NCBI GenBank assembly: GCA_031581125.1
Contig: JAVLBR010000001.1
Span: 25,974 to 89,973, forward strand
Length of the DNA stretch: 64,000 nt
Direction: 5' to 3'
Origin: Schleiferiaceae bacterium
Lineage (GTDB): Bacteria; Bacteroidota; Bacteroidia; Flavobacteriales; Schleiferiaceae
Positions 39,368-47,945 of the stretch are shown here, one piece after another (position 1 is the first letter of the stretch; every line of letters begins with the position of its first letter). Under the pieces are notes generated by a model. It searched no databases, was not told the origin of the DNA, and worked only from the letters and a program-made list of their open reading frames with translations. The translations under genes and the position numbers were made by a program.

Positions 39368-40210
39368 ATGAAAAGATTTGTTGCCTCCATAGCCGTTTTA
39401 GGCCTCCTGTTGCTTGCCTTACCCAAGCAGGGAGATGCTCAGGTTCTTACCCCTGACGACAACGGTATTATTCCCGAGCCGCCTAAGTCGTATAACCACA
39501 ACATGGTATTTCCCTACCCCCACTTACGCGAAGCGGATCTGATGTGGAGTACGCGTCACTGGGAGCGCATTAACGTGAAGCACAAGGCCAACTTTCACCT
39601 CTATTACCCCATCCAGGGCTTCCCGGGTCGCAAAAGCCTTTACGACGTGCTGGTAGATGGCATCCTGGAGGAAAATACCATTGTGGAAGTCTTTGCTAAT
39701 GACAACTTCGAGATTCCCCTTACACCCGATCAGGTTTACAACTACGTAAATATGATCGACACCATCCGGGATCCGGACGATCCCACCCAAATCGTGCTCA
39801 TTGACACCATCAGTATTACTTCCAAGGATGTGATTGCCTGGGAGATCAAGTCTGATTGGTTTTTCGATAAGCAACGGGGCGAGATGAAAAACCGGATCAT
39901 CGGTCTTTCCCCGGTGGTTCGGAATCCTTCCACGGAAGAAAAATATAACCTCTTCTGGGTATGGTTCCCCGATGCCCGTTACGCGCTGGCTACCCACCAG
40001 GCCTACAATACACAAAACCGCGCCATGCGCCTTACCTATGACCAGGTTTTTCACCTGCGTTACTTTGATGGCGTGATCTTCAAAGAGGATAATGTATACG
40101 ACCGAAGTATCGAAGAGTACAAGCGAAACTCCAACCTGGACCAGCTCCTGGAGGCGCAGCGTATCAAGAACAACCTTCGAAGCTTCGAAAGCGAGCTTTG
40201 GGAATACTAA
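39368..40210 (+). CDS. gldN: Gliding motility/T9SS protein GldN (PorN)
   Basis: Signal peptide, conserved LREADLMWSTRHWERINVKHKAN..LYYP region, and position after gldM. Confidence 0.9.
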   Translation: MKRFVASIAVLGLLLLALPKQGDAQVLTPDDNGIIPEPPKSYNHNMVFPYPHLREADLMWSTRHWERINVKHKANFHLYYPIQGFPGRKSLYDVLVDGILEENTIVEVFANDNFEIPLTPDQVYNYVNMIDTIRDPDDPTQIVLIDTISITSKDVIAWEIKSDWFFDKQRGEMKNRIIGLSPVVRNPSTEEKYNLFWVWFPDARYALATHQAYNTQNRAMRLTYDQVFHLRYFDGVIFKEDNVYDRSIEEYKRNSNLDQLLEAQRIKNNLRSFESELWEY

Positions 40211-40241
40211 AACCCGTCTGGGTAAACAAACAATTTTATCG

Positions 40242-40274
40242 AAACCCTGTCAGTACCGCTGACAGGGTTTTTTT
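40242..40274 (+). terminator. Rho-independent terminator of the gld operon
   Basis: AAACCCTGTCAG-taccg-CTGACAGGGTTT followed by a T-run: a perfect 12-bp stem. Confidence 0.75.
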
Positions 40275-40289
40275 GTGGGTATATTTAAG

Positions 40290-41327
40290 ATGAGTAGCAA
40301 GAAGCGTTTTTATACTATCGTAGGGCAAGGCCTGGCGGGTACCATCCTCTCCATGCGCATGTGGGAACGGGGCATTCCCCATCAGGTTATTGACGACCCT
40401 AGCATGTCGCAGTCTTCCCGCATTGCCGCCGGGCTAGCCAATCCCATATTGCTAAAGCGGCTTAAATGGGTCCGGCACGCAGAACTTTTTTGGCCCGAGG
40501 CCAAGCCCTTTTATCAGCGCTGGGAACAGAAACTTAAGACCACCTTTACCCATCCCGTAAAGATGTGGCACTTGTTTCGCTCCGTAGGGGAGATCAATCG
40601 CTGGCAGGAAAAGGCGGAAAACCCGCTCCTCAGGCCCTTTTTAGGCGCAGTGCTGCCACACAACACCCACGAGCGCCTGGAAGCACCCCATGGGATCGGG
40701 ATCCTCGAGGAGCTCTTTTGGCTGGATACCCATCACTTCCTGGAAGCCTACCGGGCCTATCTTAAGCGGAAAGGCGCTTATCATAAGGTACCCGCTCAAA
40801 AAGTCCTGGAAAAACACATTTGGCCGATGAGGCCCCCTGAAGCACCGCTGGTGCTCTGCAATGGCCACCTGGCCCGGCATCGCCAACCGCTTACCAAGGC
40901 TTTTACCCCTACGCGCGGAGAAGTACTCCTGCTAAAGGCGCCCGAAATGCCCGAAGATATAGCCCTGCACGCCCGGGTTTTTGCCCTGCCCTTGGGGCAA
41001 CAACACTTTAAACTGGGGGCCAGCTATGCCCATGATGACCTCAGCGATACGCCCAGCCCGGCGGGGCGGGAATGGTTGCTCAAACAATGGGGGAATATGT
41101 ACAACGGGGCCTATGAGGTCACCGATCACCTGGCCGGGGTGCGGCCCAACGTGGCGGATCGCCAGCCCCTCTTGGGTGGGTGGGAACCGGGTAAGTACAT
41201 CTTCAATGGCCTGGGCTCGCGGGGCGTGCTCATGGGCCCCTTGCTGGCTGACCACCTCGTGGCGCATCTGGAAGACAAGACGCCGCTGGCCCACGAATGG
41301 GATGTGCAACGCTTTATTTCAAATTAG
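40290..41327 (+). CDS. FAD-dependent oxidoreductase (DAO-like)
   Basis: Dinucleotide-binding motif YTIVGQGLAGTILSMRM. The ATG at 40290 is preferred because GTG 40275 lies inside the terminator T-run. Confidence 0.8.
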   Translation: MSSKKRFYTIVGQGLAGTILSMRMWERGIPHQVIDDPSMSQSSRIAAGLANPILLKRLKWVRHAELFWPEAKPFYQRWEQKLKTTFTHPVKMWHLFRSVGEINRWQEKAENPLLRPFLGAVLPHNTHERLEAPHGIGILEELFWLDTHHFLEAYRAYLKRKGAYHKVPAQKVLEKHIWPMRPPEAPLVLCNGHLARHRQPLTKAFTPTRGEVLLLKAPEMPEDIALHARVFALPLGQQHFKLGASYAHDDLSDTPSPAGREWLLKQWGNMYNGAYEVTDHLAGVRPNVADRQPLLGGWEPGKYIFNGLGSRGVLMGPLLADHLVAHLEDKTPLAHEWDVQRFISN

Positions 41328-41712
41328 GCCCCCGCCGTTCCGGATGATATTTTACAAAAAGATTGAGCCAGGTAACCCGGGATACCCGCAAAATGATGGG
41401 GGCCATCAGCAAAACCACCACCCCCAGGGCAATGACAATGTCCCAGATCCCAGGCTCGTAAATCCAGTTCATAATGATGTAAGTAGCCACGAATAGCGCT
41501 ACCGAGTAGCCGTAGCTCACGTACATGGAACCGTAAAAAAAGCTGGGCTCTATCTCATAGCGCAGACCGCAATGGGGGCAGTGCTCATACATGGAAAACA
41601 AACGCCCCAGATCGTAGGGGTTTCGGGACTTGAATACCCGGCCTTTATGGCAGCGGGGACAGCGGCCGTGGAGAATGCTGTAAACTTTGGAGCCGGGAGC
41701 TAATAGCTTCAT
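41314..41712 (-). CDS. DUF983-like membrane protein with N-terminal zinc ribbon
   Basis: CPRCHKG..CPHCG zinc ribbon followed by two TM helices; 132 aa. Confidence 0.7.
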   Translation of the reverse strand: MKLLAPGSKVYSILHGRCPRCHKGRVFKSRNPYDLGRLFSMYEHCPHCGLRYEIEPSFFYGSMYVSYGYSVALFVATYIIMNWIYEPGIWDIVIALGVVVLLMAPIILRVSRVTWLNLFVKYHPERRGPNLK

Positions 41713-41723
41713 GTGTGATACCT

Positions 41724-41731
41724 TACTTTTG
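41724..41731 (+). promoter_or_regulatory. -7 promoter box TACTTTTG
   Basis: Exact TAnnTTTG, 9 nt upstream of the ABC-F ATG (41740). This implies a leaderless or very short-leader mRNA. Confidence 0.35.
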
Positions 41732-41739
41732 CGCCCCTT

Positions 41740-43710
41740 ATGGTGGGCATCAATAAAATCAACGTTCAGTACAACGACCGCAAGCTGTTCCGGGATGTTT
41801 CTTTCCAGGTAAAACCCGGTGAAAAACTGGGCCTGGTAGGGAGCAATGGCGCAGGCAAATCTACGCTACTTAAGATAATTGTGGGTGAGGTAAGTCCCCA
41901 TTCCGGGAACATCAGCACCCCCAAGGATTTTAGCATGGGCTACCTCCCCCAGGAGCTGCCGCTTCACGACGGCCGCACCGTATGGGAAGAAGCGGAAACG
42001 GCCCTGGCCAGCATCCAGGAAACCCAGCGCAAGCTGGATACCATCAACACCCAACTGGCCGAGCGGGAAGACTACGAAAGCGATGGCTACCTGCAGCTCA
42101 TAGAGGAACTCAATCATTATACCGAGCGCTTCAATATGATGGGGGGCTATACCTACCACGCCCGCCTGGAGCGCATCCTCCAGGGCCTGGGCTTCCGGCC
42201 TGATGATTTTGAACGACAAACCACCGAGTTTAGCGGTGGCTGGCGTATGCGAATCGAACTGGCCAAGCTCCTCCTCGCTCAGCACGACTTGCTTCTCCTG
42301 GACGAGCCCACCAACCACCTCGATATAGAATCCATCCTCTGGCTGGAGCGCTTTCTGGAGGAATACGAGGGCGGCATTGTTATGGTAAGCCACGACCGCA
42401 CCTTTCTGGACCACATTACCAACCGCACGGTAGAGATTGTTAACGGGACCATTTACGACTATCCGGTACCCTACAGCAAATTTGTGGCCCTGCGCGAAGA
42501 ACGTCGTCAGCTCCAAAAACAGGAACAAAAAAACCAGGAAAAAGAGATAAAACACACCGAGCAACTCATCGAAAAATTCCGGTATAAGGCCAATAAGGCC
42601 TCCTTTGCCCAGAGCCTGATCAAAAAGCTGGACAAAATGGAACGCATCGAGATAGATGATGAGGATAGCAAGGTGATGCATTTCAAATTTCCCCCCGCGC
42701 CCCGTTCTGGCAAAGTGGTCGTAAAAGGCGAAAACCTCAGCAAAAGCTACGGGGACAAAACTGTTTTCCAGCGGGCCCATATCGAGATCAACCGCCAGGA
42801 AAATGTAGCCTTCGTAGGCCAAAACGGCCAGGGGAAGTCCACCCTGGTGAAGATCATCACCCAGGCGCTGCCCCACGGCGGCCACCTGGAGCTGGGCCAT
42901 AACGTACAGATAGGCTATTACGCCCAAGAACAGGCCAAGACCCTGGACGGCAGCAAAACCCTCCTGGAAACCATCGAAGAGGCCGCTCCGGAAGACCAGC
43001 GCAAGCGCGCCCGCGATTATCTGGGCTCTTTTCTCTTCAGCGGAGAAGACGTGGAAAAGAAAGTAAGCGTACTATCCGGCGGCGAAAAAGGCCGGTTGGC
43101 CCTGTGCAAGCTGCTCCTGCACCCCTGCAACCTCTTGGTGATGGACGAACCCACCAATCACCTGGACATGAAGAGCAAAGACATGCTCAAGCAGGCCCTG
43201 GAGCAGTACGATGGTACCCTGATCCTTGTCTCCCACGACCGCCACTTCCTGGAAGGCCTGGCCCAGAAAATCTACGAGTTTCGCGATGGCCGGGTACGGG
43301 AGTTCCTGGGCAGCATAGAAGAATACCTCCAGCGGCGGCAGTTTGACGATTTCCGGCAGGTAGAGCAACAGGCTGCCCCTAGCGAAAAGCCTAAATCTAA
43401 AGCATCCCCTGCCCAAGCCCCGGCAGAACACCTGGACCACAAAGCGCGTAAAAAGCTGGATAGCGACCTCCGCAAGCTGGAAAAACGGGTACAAGAAGGC
43501 GAAGCCGCCATCGAAAAACTGGAAAAAGAACTGGAGGCCTGGGATGCAGAACTCCAAGACCCCGCCAAATTTCAGGAGCACAGCCAGGATCCCGATTTTT
43601 ACGAGCGCTACGAGCACCGCCGGGAAGAACTAGACCAGCGCATGCAACGCTGGGAGCAAGACCAGGAAAAACTGGAAAAACTCCAAAAGCGCCGCGATCA
43701 GGCTGGTTAA
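41740..43710 (+). CDS. ABC-F family ATPase (two ABC domains, no TMD, C-terminal K/E-rich coiled coil)
   Basis: Walker A motifs GSNGAGKST and GQNGQGKST. Signature motifs FSGGWRMR and LSGGEKGR. Inter-domain linker present. Confidence 0.92.
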   Translation: MVGINKINVQYNDRKLFRDVSFQVKPGEKLGLVGSNGAGKSTLLKIIVGEVSPHSGNISTPKDFSMGYLPQELPLHDGRTVWEEAETALASIQETQRKLDTINTQLAEREDYESDGYLQLIEELNHYTERFNMMGGYTYHARLERILQGLGFRPDDFERQTTEFSGGWRMRIELAKLLLAQHDLLLLDEPTNHLDIESILWLERFLEEYEGGIVMVSHDRTFLDHITNRTVEIVNGTIYDYPVPYSKFVALREERRQLQKQEQKNQEKEIKHTEQLIEKFRYKANKASFAQSLIKKLDKMERIEIDDEDSKVMHFKFPPAPRSGKVVVKGENLSKSYGDKTVFQRAHIEINRQENVAFVGQNGQGKSTLVKIITQALPHGGHLELGHNVQIGYYAQEQAKTLDGSKTLLETIEEAAPEDQRKRARDYLGSFLFSGEDVEKKVSVLSGGEKGRLALCKLLLHPCNLLVMDEPTNHLDMKSKDMLKQALEQYDGTLILVSHDRHFLEGLAQKIYEFRDGRVREFLGSIEEYLQRRQFDDFRQVEQQAAPSEKPKSKASPAQAPAEHLDHKARKKLDSDLRKLEKRVQEGEAAIEKLEKELEAWDAELQDPAKFQEHSQDPDFYERYEHRREELDQRMQRWEQDQEKLEKLQKRRDQAG

Positions 43711-43714
43711 TAAC

Positions 43715-45145
43715 CTATCGTATATAAAGCTTCCGGCGTGCCACCGCCCGGGCACCTTTTTCCCGGAGGTGCAGGTAATAAAGGCCTTCGGCCAAAGGAG
43801 GCAGCGCCAGGCGGCCACGGCCCGTCACCGAACTTTGCCACACCTTACGACCCGCTCCGTCGTAGATTTTCAAATGATAATCGCGGCCAGCTTGCAGTCC
43901 TTCCAATTGAAGGGATTCGGAAGCCGGATTAGGGAATAGGCGCAAGGGCAGCGCCAGGTCCTCTTCCGCCACACTTATGCGGGTACAGCTAGTGCTTACG
44001 GAATCAAAGAAAGACAGCGCGCTGGTCATGGAAGGCAGTACGCAGCCGCTGTGATCCAGCGGGCCTTTATTTAGAGCCAGCACATTAGGGGCCCCTTGGC
44101 TTTGCATGTATTGCGCGGCCGTAAGGCTGTTTTGAAAGGGCACTTGCTCATCACTGGTGCAGTAATACATCCGCAAGGGAAAATTAGGCACCCATTCATA
44201 ATTATTATTGGCCACCAGGGCCTGCCATAAAGGGGTAGATTGATTTACACTGTCCTGCCGAAAAGCCTGGAAAAAGGCGCTGTCCAGAAACTGATCCGCC
44301 CGGCTGGGCAGTTGGGCATTGAGCGAGTCCAGCGGATACGTTCCGTTTAAATACGGCGGCACCAAAGTATCATAGGGGGCCCGCAGGAAATCAGAGGGGG
44401 AAGAAAAAATATTGCCATAGGCCTCCTGCATGCCCATGATGAGGTATACGATATAGCCCGGGTTGCTATACGGTTTATTGCGAATGATGCCTTGCGCTGA
44501 AGCACCCGCCAAATCATAAGGCCCCGAAGCAGGCGCGGCCCCCGCCAGGGCAAACTCGTTGCCCAAATTATTTTCCTGAATATACTTCACCGTGGCCATG
44601 GCCGCATGCCCCCCCTGAGAATAGCCGGTAACCAGCAGTTCCTTTTGGAGGGAAAAGCCAAGCGATAAAGAGTCTACCAGCTCTTCCGCAGCCCGCAGGG
44701 CATCTAGGCTAGCGGTGGCCTCGCTCTGGCCATGCAGATAAGGGTGTAGGCCCGGCTCATCGCCCAACCCCAGGTAATCAGGCATCACGGCAGCGTGGCC
44801 TATGCTGGCCGTTATTTTCCCGATGGTGGCCTCCGTATTATTGCGCGATGGTACATTATCGTCCTTTAGCACGGTACCGTGGGCGTACAGCGCCAGGGAA
44901 AGGCTATCGCAAGTTACCCCCACCGGAAGGCTCACCAGGGCACTAGCCGTGGTGGTAGTGCCGTCCACATCCTGCGTAGTATAGCGGATTTTATAATTGC
45001 CTACATCATAAATGGCCTGTCCATTGGCAAAAAAGTTCAAGAAAGTAGCGCTGGTGGTATCCAGGGGCTGGTAGTTCACCAGGTGGTTTTGGGCCTCACC
45101 GGCCAAAGGAAGTATTCCCAGCAAGAAAAGTAGCGCGTATCTCAT
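43715..45145 (-). CDS. Secreted alpha/beta-hydrolase (lipase/esterase-like) with T9SS C-terminal sorting domain
   Basis: Signal peptide from the ATG at 45145 (the ORF extends to a TTG at 45172). Nucleophile elbow GYSQGG. The C-terminal ~75 aa (LFPNPASESLQLEGL..YHLKIYDGAGRKV..GLYYLHL) match the type A T9SS CTD pattern. Confidence 0.8.
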   Translation of the reverse strand: MRYALLFLLGILPLAGEAQNHLVNYQPLDTTSATFLNFFANGQAIYDVGNYKIRYTTQDVDGTTTTASALVSLPVGVTCDSLSLALYAHGTVLKDDNVPSRNNTEATIGKITASIGHAAVMPDYLGLGDEPGLHPYLHGQSEATASLDALRAAEELVDSLSLGFSLQKELLVTGYSQGGHAAMATVKYIQENNLGNEFALAGAAPASGPYDLAGASAQGIIRNKPYSNPGYIVYLIMGMQEAYGNIFSSPSDFLRAPYDTLVPPYLNGTYPLDSLNAQLPSRADQFLDSAFFQAFRQDSVNQSTPLWQALVANNNYEWVPNFPLRMYYCTSDEQVPFQNSLTAAQYMQSQGAPNVLALNKGPLDHSGCVLPSMTSALSFFDSVSTSCTRISVAEEDLALPLRLFPNPASESLQLEGLQAGRDYHLKIYDGAGRKVWQSSVTGRGRLALPPLAEGLYYLHLREKGARAVARRKLYIR

Positions 45146-45254
45146 GGCAAAGTATTTTAAATAAGGGAGCAAGGTATCAAAGATTTACGGGATGGCAGAA
45201 TGTACTTGCGCCCTCTCAGGATAAGCTTTAGTTTTGCAAATCCTAAAAAAAGGC

Positions 45255-45326
45255 GGCTCCGTAGTACAATGGATAGTATGTGGGTTTCCGGTACCCAAGA
45301 TCTAGGTTCGATTCCTAGCGGAGCTA
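45255..45326 (+). tRNA. tRNA-Arg (anticodon CCG)
   Basis: Hand-folded cloverleaf, 72 nt, no encoded CCA. Acceptor GGCTCCG/CGGAGCT (G1:U72). D arm GTAC-AATGGATA-GTAT. Anticodon arm TGGGT-TTCCGGT-ACCCA. T arm CTAGG-TTCGATT-CCTAG. Confidence 0.85.
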
Positions 45327-45347
45327 CTACCCTTCCCCTGTCTTTCG

Positions 45348-45419
45348 GGCCCCGTAGTTCAACGGATAGAATAGAAGTTTCCTAAACTTTTGATCCAGGT
45401 TCGATTCCTGGCGGGGCTA
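45348..45419 (+). tRNA. tRNA-Arg (anticodon CCT)
   Basis: Hand-folded cloverleaf, 72 nt. Acceptor GGCCCCG/CGGGGCT. D arm GTTC-AACGGATA-GAAT. Anticodon arm GAAGT-TTCCTAA-ACTTT. T arm CCAGG-TTCGATT-CCTGG. Confidence 0.85.
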
Positions 45420-45423
45420 CGAC

Positions 45424-46737
45424 ATGTTCTACACCCTGGCACCCAAATCCTGGCTCTTAAGTCCCTTGGTACTGGCAGTTATGCTTATGAGCTGGGGCTT
45501 GCCGCTCGGGGCAAGCGCCTATCCCTCTCAGGTCTATTTTTTTAAGAAAGGAGAGGGATTGGTCAGTTCGGAGCAATTTGCCCGCCTCACCAAAAACGAA
45601 ATTCCCTATCCGCTCTACCAAAAAGCCTTAGCCGTGGGGAGGGATGCCAAAATTTTTCGCACCCAGGAACGCTATTACCTCAGCACCGATTGTGGCCTAA
45701 ACCTCTTTTATGTGGAGGACGGCCAGGTAAAAAACGCCTATAAAGGCGATAATTTTGGCTACTTCTGCGGAACTACCCGCTTTTATTTTCACGATACCAT
45801 TTGGAGCTTCGGCGGATACGGCTTCTGGCGAGGCCATGCTACCCTTTCCTTCTTCCAATCAAACGGAGAGTGGTCTATATGGCCCACCAGTCAGTTGCCC
45901 CACTTTTTCATGCCCAGCTTAACCTACTACCATAAAGGGCACCTTTACGCGCCTTTGGGCTTACGGGTCAATCAAGCCGATAAAAAACCCATCCAATCGC
46001 ATCGGGGAGGTTACGTTCTTGACCTATCAAGCCAAGCCTGGTCGCCAATCACTATCCAATGGACAGGCGATAGCTTCCGCATCCCCCATTCCCTTAGCCC
46101 CTTATTTCAAGTAGAAACCCAAGGTTTCCTGCTCTTTTTCATCACCGACTTTTCAGAAAAAGCGCATTATCTACTCTTAGAGAAGTCTACTGGCCGGATC
46201 TTTGAAATGCCCCAAGTTCCCGGTTGGCTAAATAAACAGGCTTTAATAGCCACCAAGGGAGACACCCTCTATACCCAAAGGAATGGACAAGTCTATGAGC
46301 TGTTGCTATCATCCCAGCACCATGGACCGCTGGCAGGAAAGGTTAAAACCCCTTACTCTTCAGGCACCGGTAAAAAGTCTTACCTCCCCTGGGGCCTTAC
46401 CGGGGGCGGTCTAATCATTTTGTGGCTCGGGATTTATTTTGTTAAAAGGCTACTTTCCCAGAAAAAAAAGAAAAGGGAAGATTTCCAGTGGGCCCAAAAG
46501 TTAATGCCCTACGCAGGACAAGATTTGTCGGTTTCGGCCTTGGATGAAATTTTGGGCCTGAACTATCTGACCAATGAAGAAAGTCGACGGGCCAAAAGGG
46601 CCCACATTATCCGAACAGTTGGGCAGGGACCCTTTGGTTTGAACATAAGCCGTAAAAGAGCTGATACAGATCGCCGGTATTTTCACTACCATGTTTCCAA
46701 ATCCAAATCCTCATTTTGGAAGTTTTTTGGGCCTTAA
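45424..46737 (+). CDS. Hypothetical single-pass membrane protein (signal peptide, ~300-aa extracytoplasmic domain, TM, basic cytoplasmic tail with possible HTH)
   Basis: 437-aa ORF starting 5 nt after the tRNA. TM segment LPWGLTGGGLIILWLGIYFV followed by KRLLSQKKKKRED. The tail reads SALDEILGLNYLTNEESRRAKRAHIIRTV. Spot GC counts are 43-47%, against 63-68% in spot counts of the PUL (5401-5460) and xth (58021-58080). No recognisable family motif. Confidence 0.6.
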   Translation: MFYTLAPKSWLLSPLVLAVMLMSWGLPLGASAYPSQVYFFKKGEGLVSSEQFARLTKNEIPYPLYQKALAVGRDAKIFRTQERYYLSTDCGLNLFYVEDGQVKNAYKGDNFGYFCGTTRFYFHDTIWSFGGYGFWRGHATLSFFQSNGEWSIWPTSQLPHFFMPSLTYYHKGHLYAPLGLRVNQADKKPIQSHRGGYVLDLSSQAWSPITIQWTGDSFRIPHSLSPLFQVETQGFLLFFITDFSEKAHYLLLEKSTGRIFEMPQVPGWLNKQALIATKGDTLYTQRNGQVYELLLSSQHHGPLAGKVKTPYSSGTGKKSYLPWGLTGGGLIILWLGIYFVKRLLSQKKKKREDFQWAQKLMPYAGQDLSVSALDEILGLNYLTNEESRRAKRAHIIRTVGQGPFGLNISRKRADTDRRYFHYHVSKSKSSFWKFFGP

Positions 46738-47102
46738 AGAAACAAGCAGCAGAAAAGAAGCAAGACCCCGCCGGAACCTGTAGAGGGAGGAAGAATTTAC
46801 AGAATTAAGGCGTGGGTCCTGCTTTCATCATTCACGGGATGTAAAACGCTCCTGAAATAACATGAGCAAAAGTAGCCCCTGTCCCAGGCTTGGAAAGCCG
46901 GAAATGGGTTTTTTGCATAGTAATACGTATCAAACTGCCATTTTTAATCAAAGAAAAGGGCGTTTTACACTGATTTTCCGTGATTTAAACCCAATAAGTG
47001 CTCTCGGCCCATTCCAAGATAAGGCTCCATAATCGGATGATTTGCCCCCGAAAAGGCCTTATTAACGCCCATTTCACAGAGCATTTTTCTCCCGGGGGGT
47101 TG

Positions 47103-47110
47103 TACCTTTG
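47103..47110 (+). promoter_or_regulatory. -7 promoter box TACCTTTG
   Basis: Exact TAnnTTTG, 25 nt upstream of the MarR ATG at 47135. Confidence 0.35.
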
Positions 47111-47134
47111 AAAGCCAATTCAGCAGTCTTGCCC

Positions 47135-47617
47135 ATGGCCTCAACGGAAATTCTCACCAAGCTTCGCCAAATTATTCGCTCCATCCACATGGAGAGCAAG
47201 CGCATAGAAAAGCAGTATGCCATCAGCATTCCCCAGCTGCTTACCCTACAATACTTGGCACAGCAAGTAAATTACCAGTCCTCGGCCCGGGAGCTTAAAG
47301 AACATCTCCAGCTCAATGCCAGCACCATCTCCGGCATCCTGTCCCGCCTGGAGCAGAAGGGGCTCATAGCCCGGCTGCCCCGTTTTAGAGACAAGCGGGT
47401 GGCTTACGTGGCCCTCACCGAAAAAGGCATGACCCTCCTGGAACAGGCGCCCACTACCCTGTTTGAGCGGCTTTCGGAAGCACTCGAAAAGCTTCCCACA
47501 GAAGATATTGCCAGCCTGCACCAACATCTGGATTTTTTGGTCACCGCTATGGGCGCTCAGGACATAGACGCCTCCCCCATCCTTACCAGCCACGAATTCC
47601 CTAAAAATACTCATTAG
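47135..47617 (+). CDS. MarR-family transcriptional regulator
   Basis: Winged-helix pattern ..LLTLQYLAQQ..SARELKEHLQLNASTISGILSRLEQKGLIARLPRFRDKRVAYVALTEKG. The ATG at 47135 is preferred over the TTG at 47108. Confidence 0.85.
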   Translation: MASTEILTKLRQIIRSIHMESKRIEKQYAISIPQLLTLQYLAQQVNYQSSARELKEHLQLNASTISGILSRLEQKGLIARLPRFRDKRVAYVALTEKGMTLLEQAPTTLFERLSEALEKLPTEDIASLHQHLDFLVTAMGAQDIDASPILTSHEFPKNTH

Positions 47618-47945
47618 TAGGTTTTTAGCTTATCCAAACAAGAAAGTTATTACCCCTTCCTCGAAGGGAAACCCTACGTACTTGCTTAAGGTAAGCTGAG
47701 GCATAAAGATGGATATTGGGGCCTGGACCCCATTCTCTAAGGAGCTTTATTTATTATTGGTCTAAATACAATTCAGCTCGATTAAGGCCACCGACCCGTC
47801 CTTACCCAATTCTTAATAGCTGTTTTACAGCGTTTTAAAAATTCTCCTTCCTCCCAACGCTTTAAAAACGGGGGAAATTCATTCGTGCTGAACATAATCC
47901 GTACTTTTGCGCTTTATTAGGCAATTGTTAAATTAAAATCAAGCT

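Noticed and set aside
40563-40580. A sigma-54 promoter-like TGGCAC-N5-TCGC (other TGGCAC hits were also checked)
   Set aside because: It lies inside the FAD oxidoreductase coding sequence and mismatches the TTGC element. No convincing -24/-12 promoter was found anywhere in the window.
45200-45385. A 61-aa ORF
   Set aside because: It is entirely explained by the two tRNA-Arg genes it overlaps.
45172-47107. A genomic island or integrative element at the tRNA-Arg locus
   Set aside because: I could find no integrase, transposase, or direct repeat of the tRNA 3' end downstream. Only the composition and position of one ORF are suggestive, so it is reported as a low-key finding and not as a mobile element.
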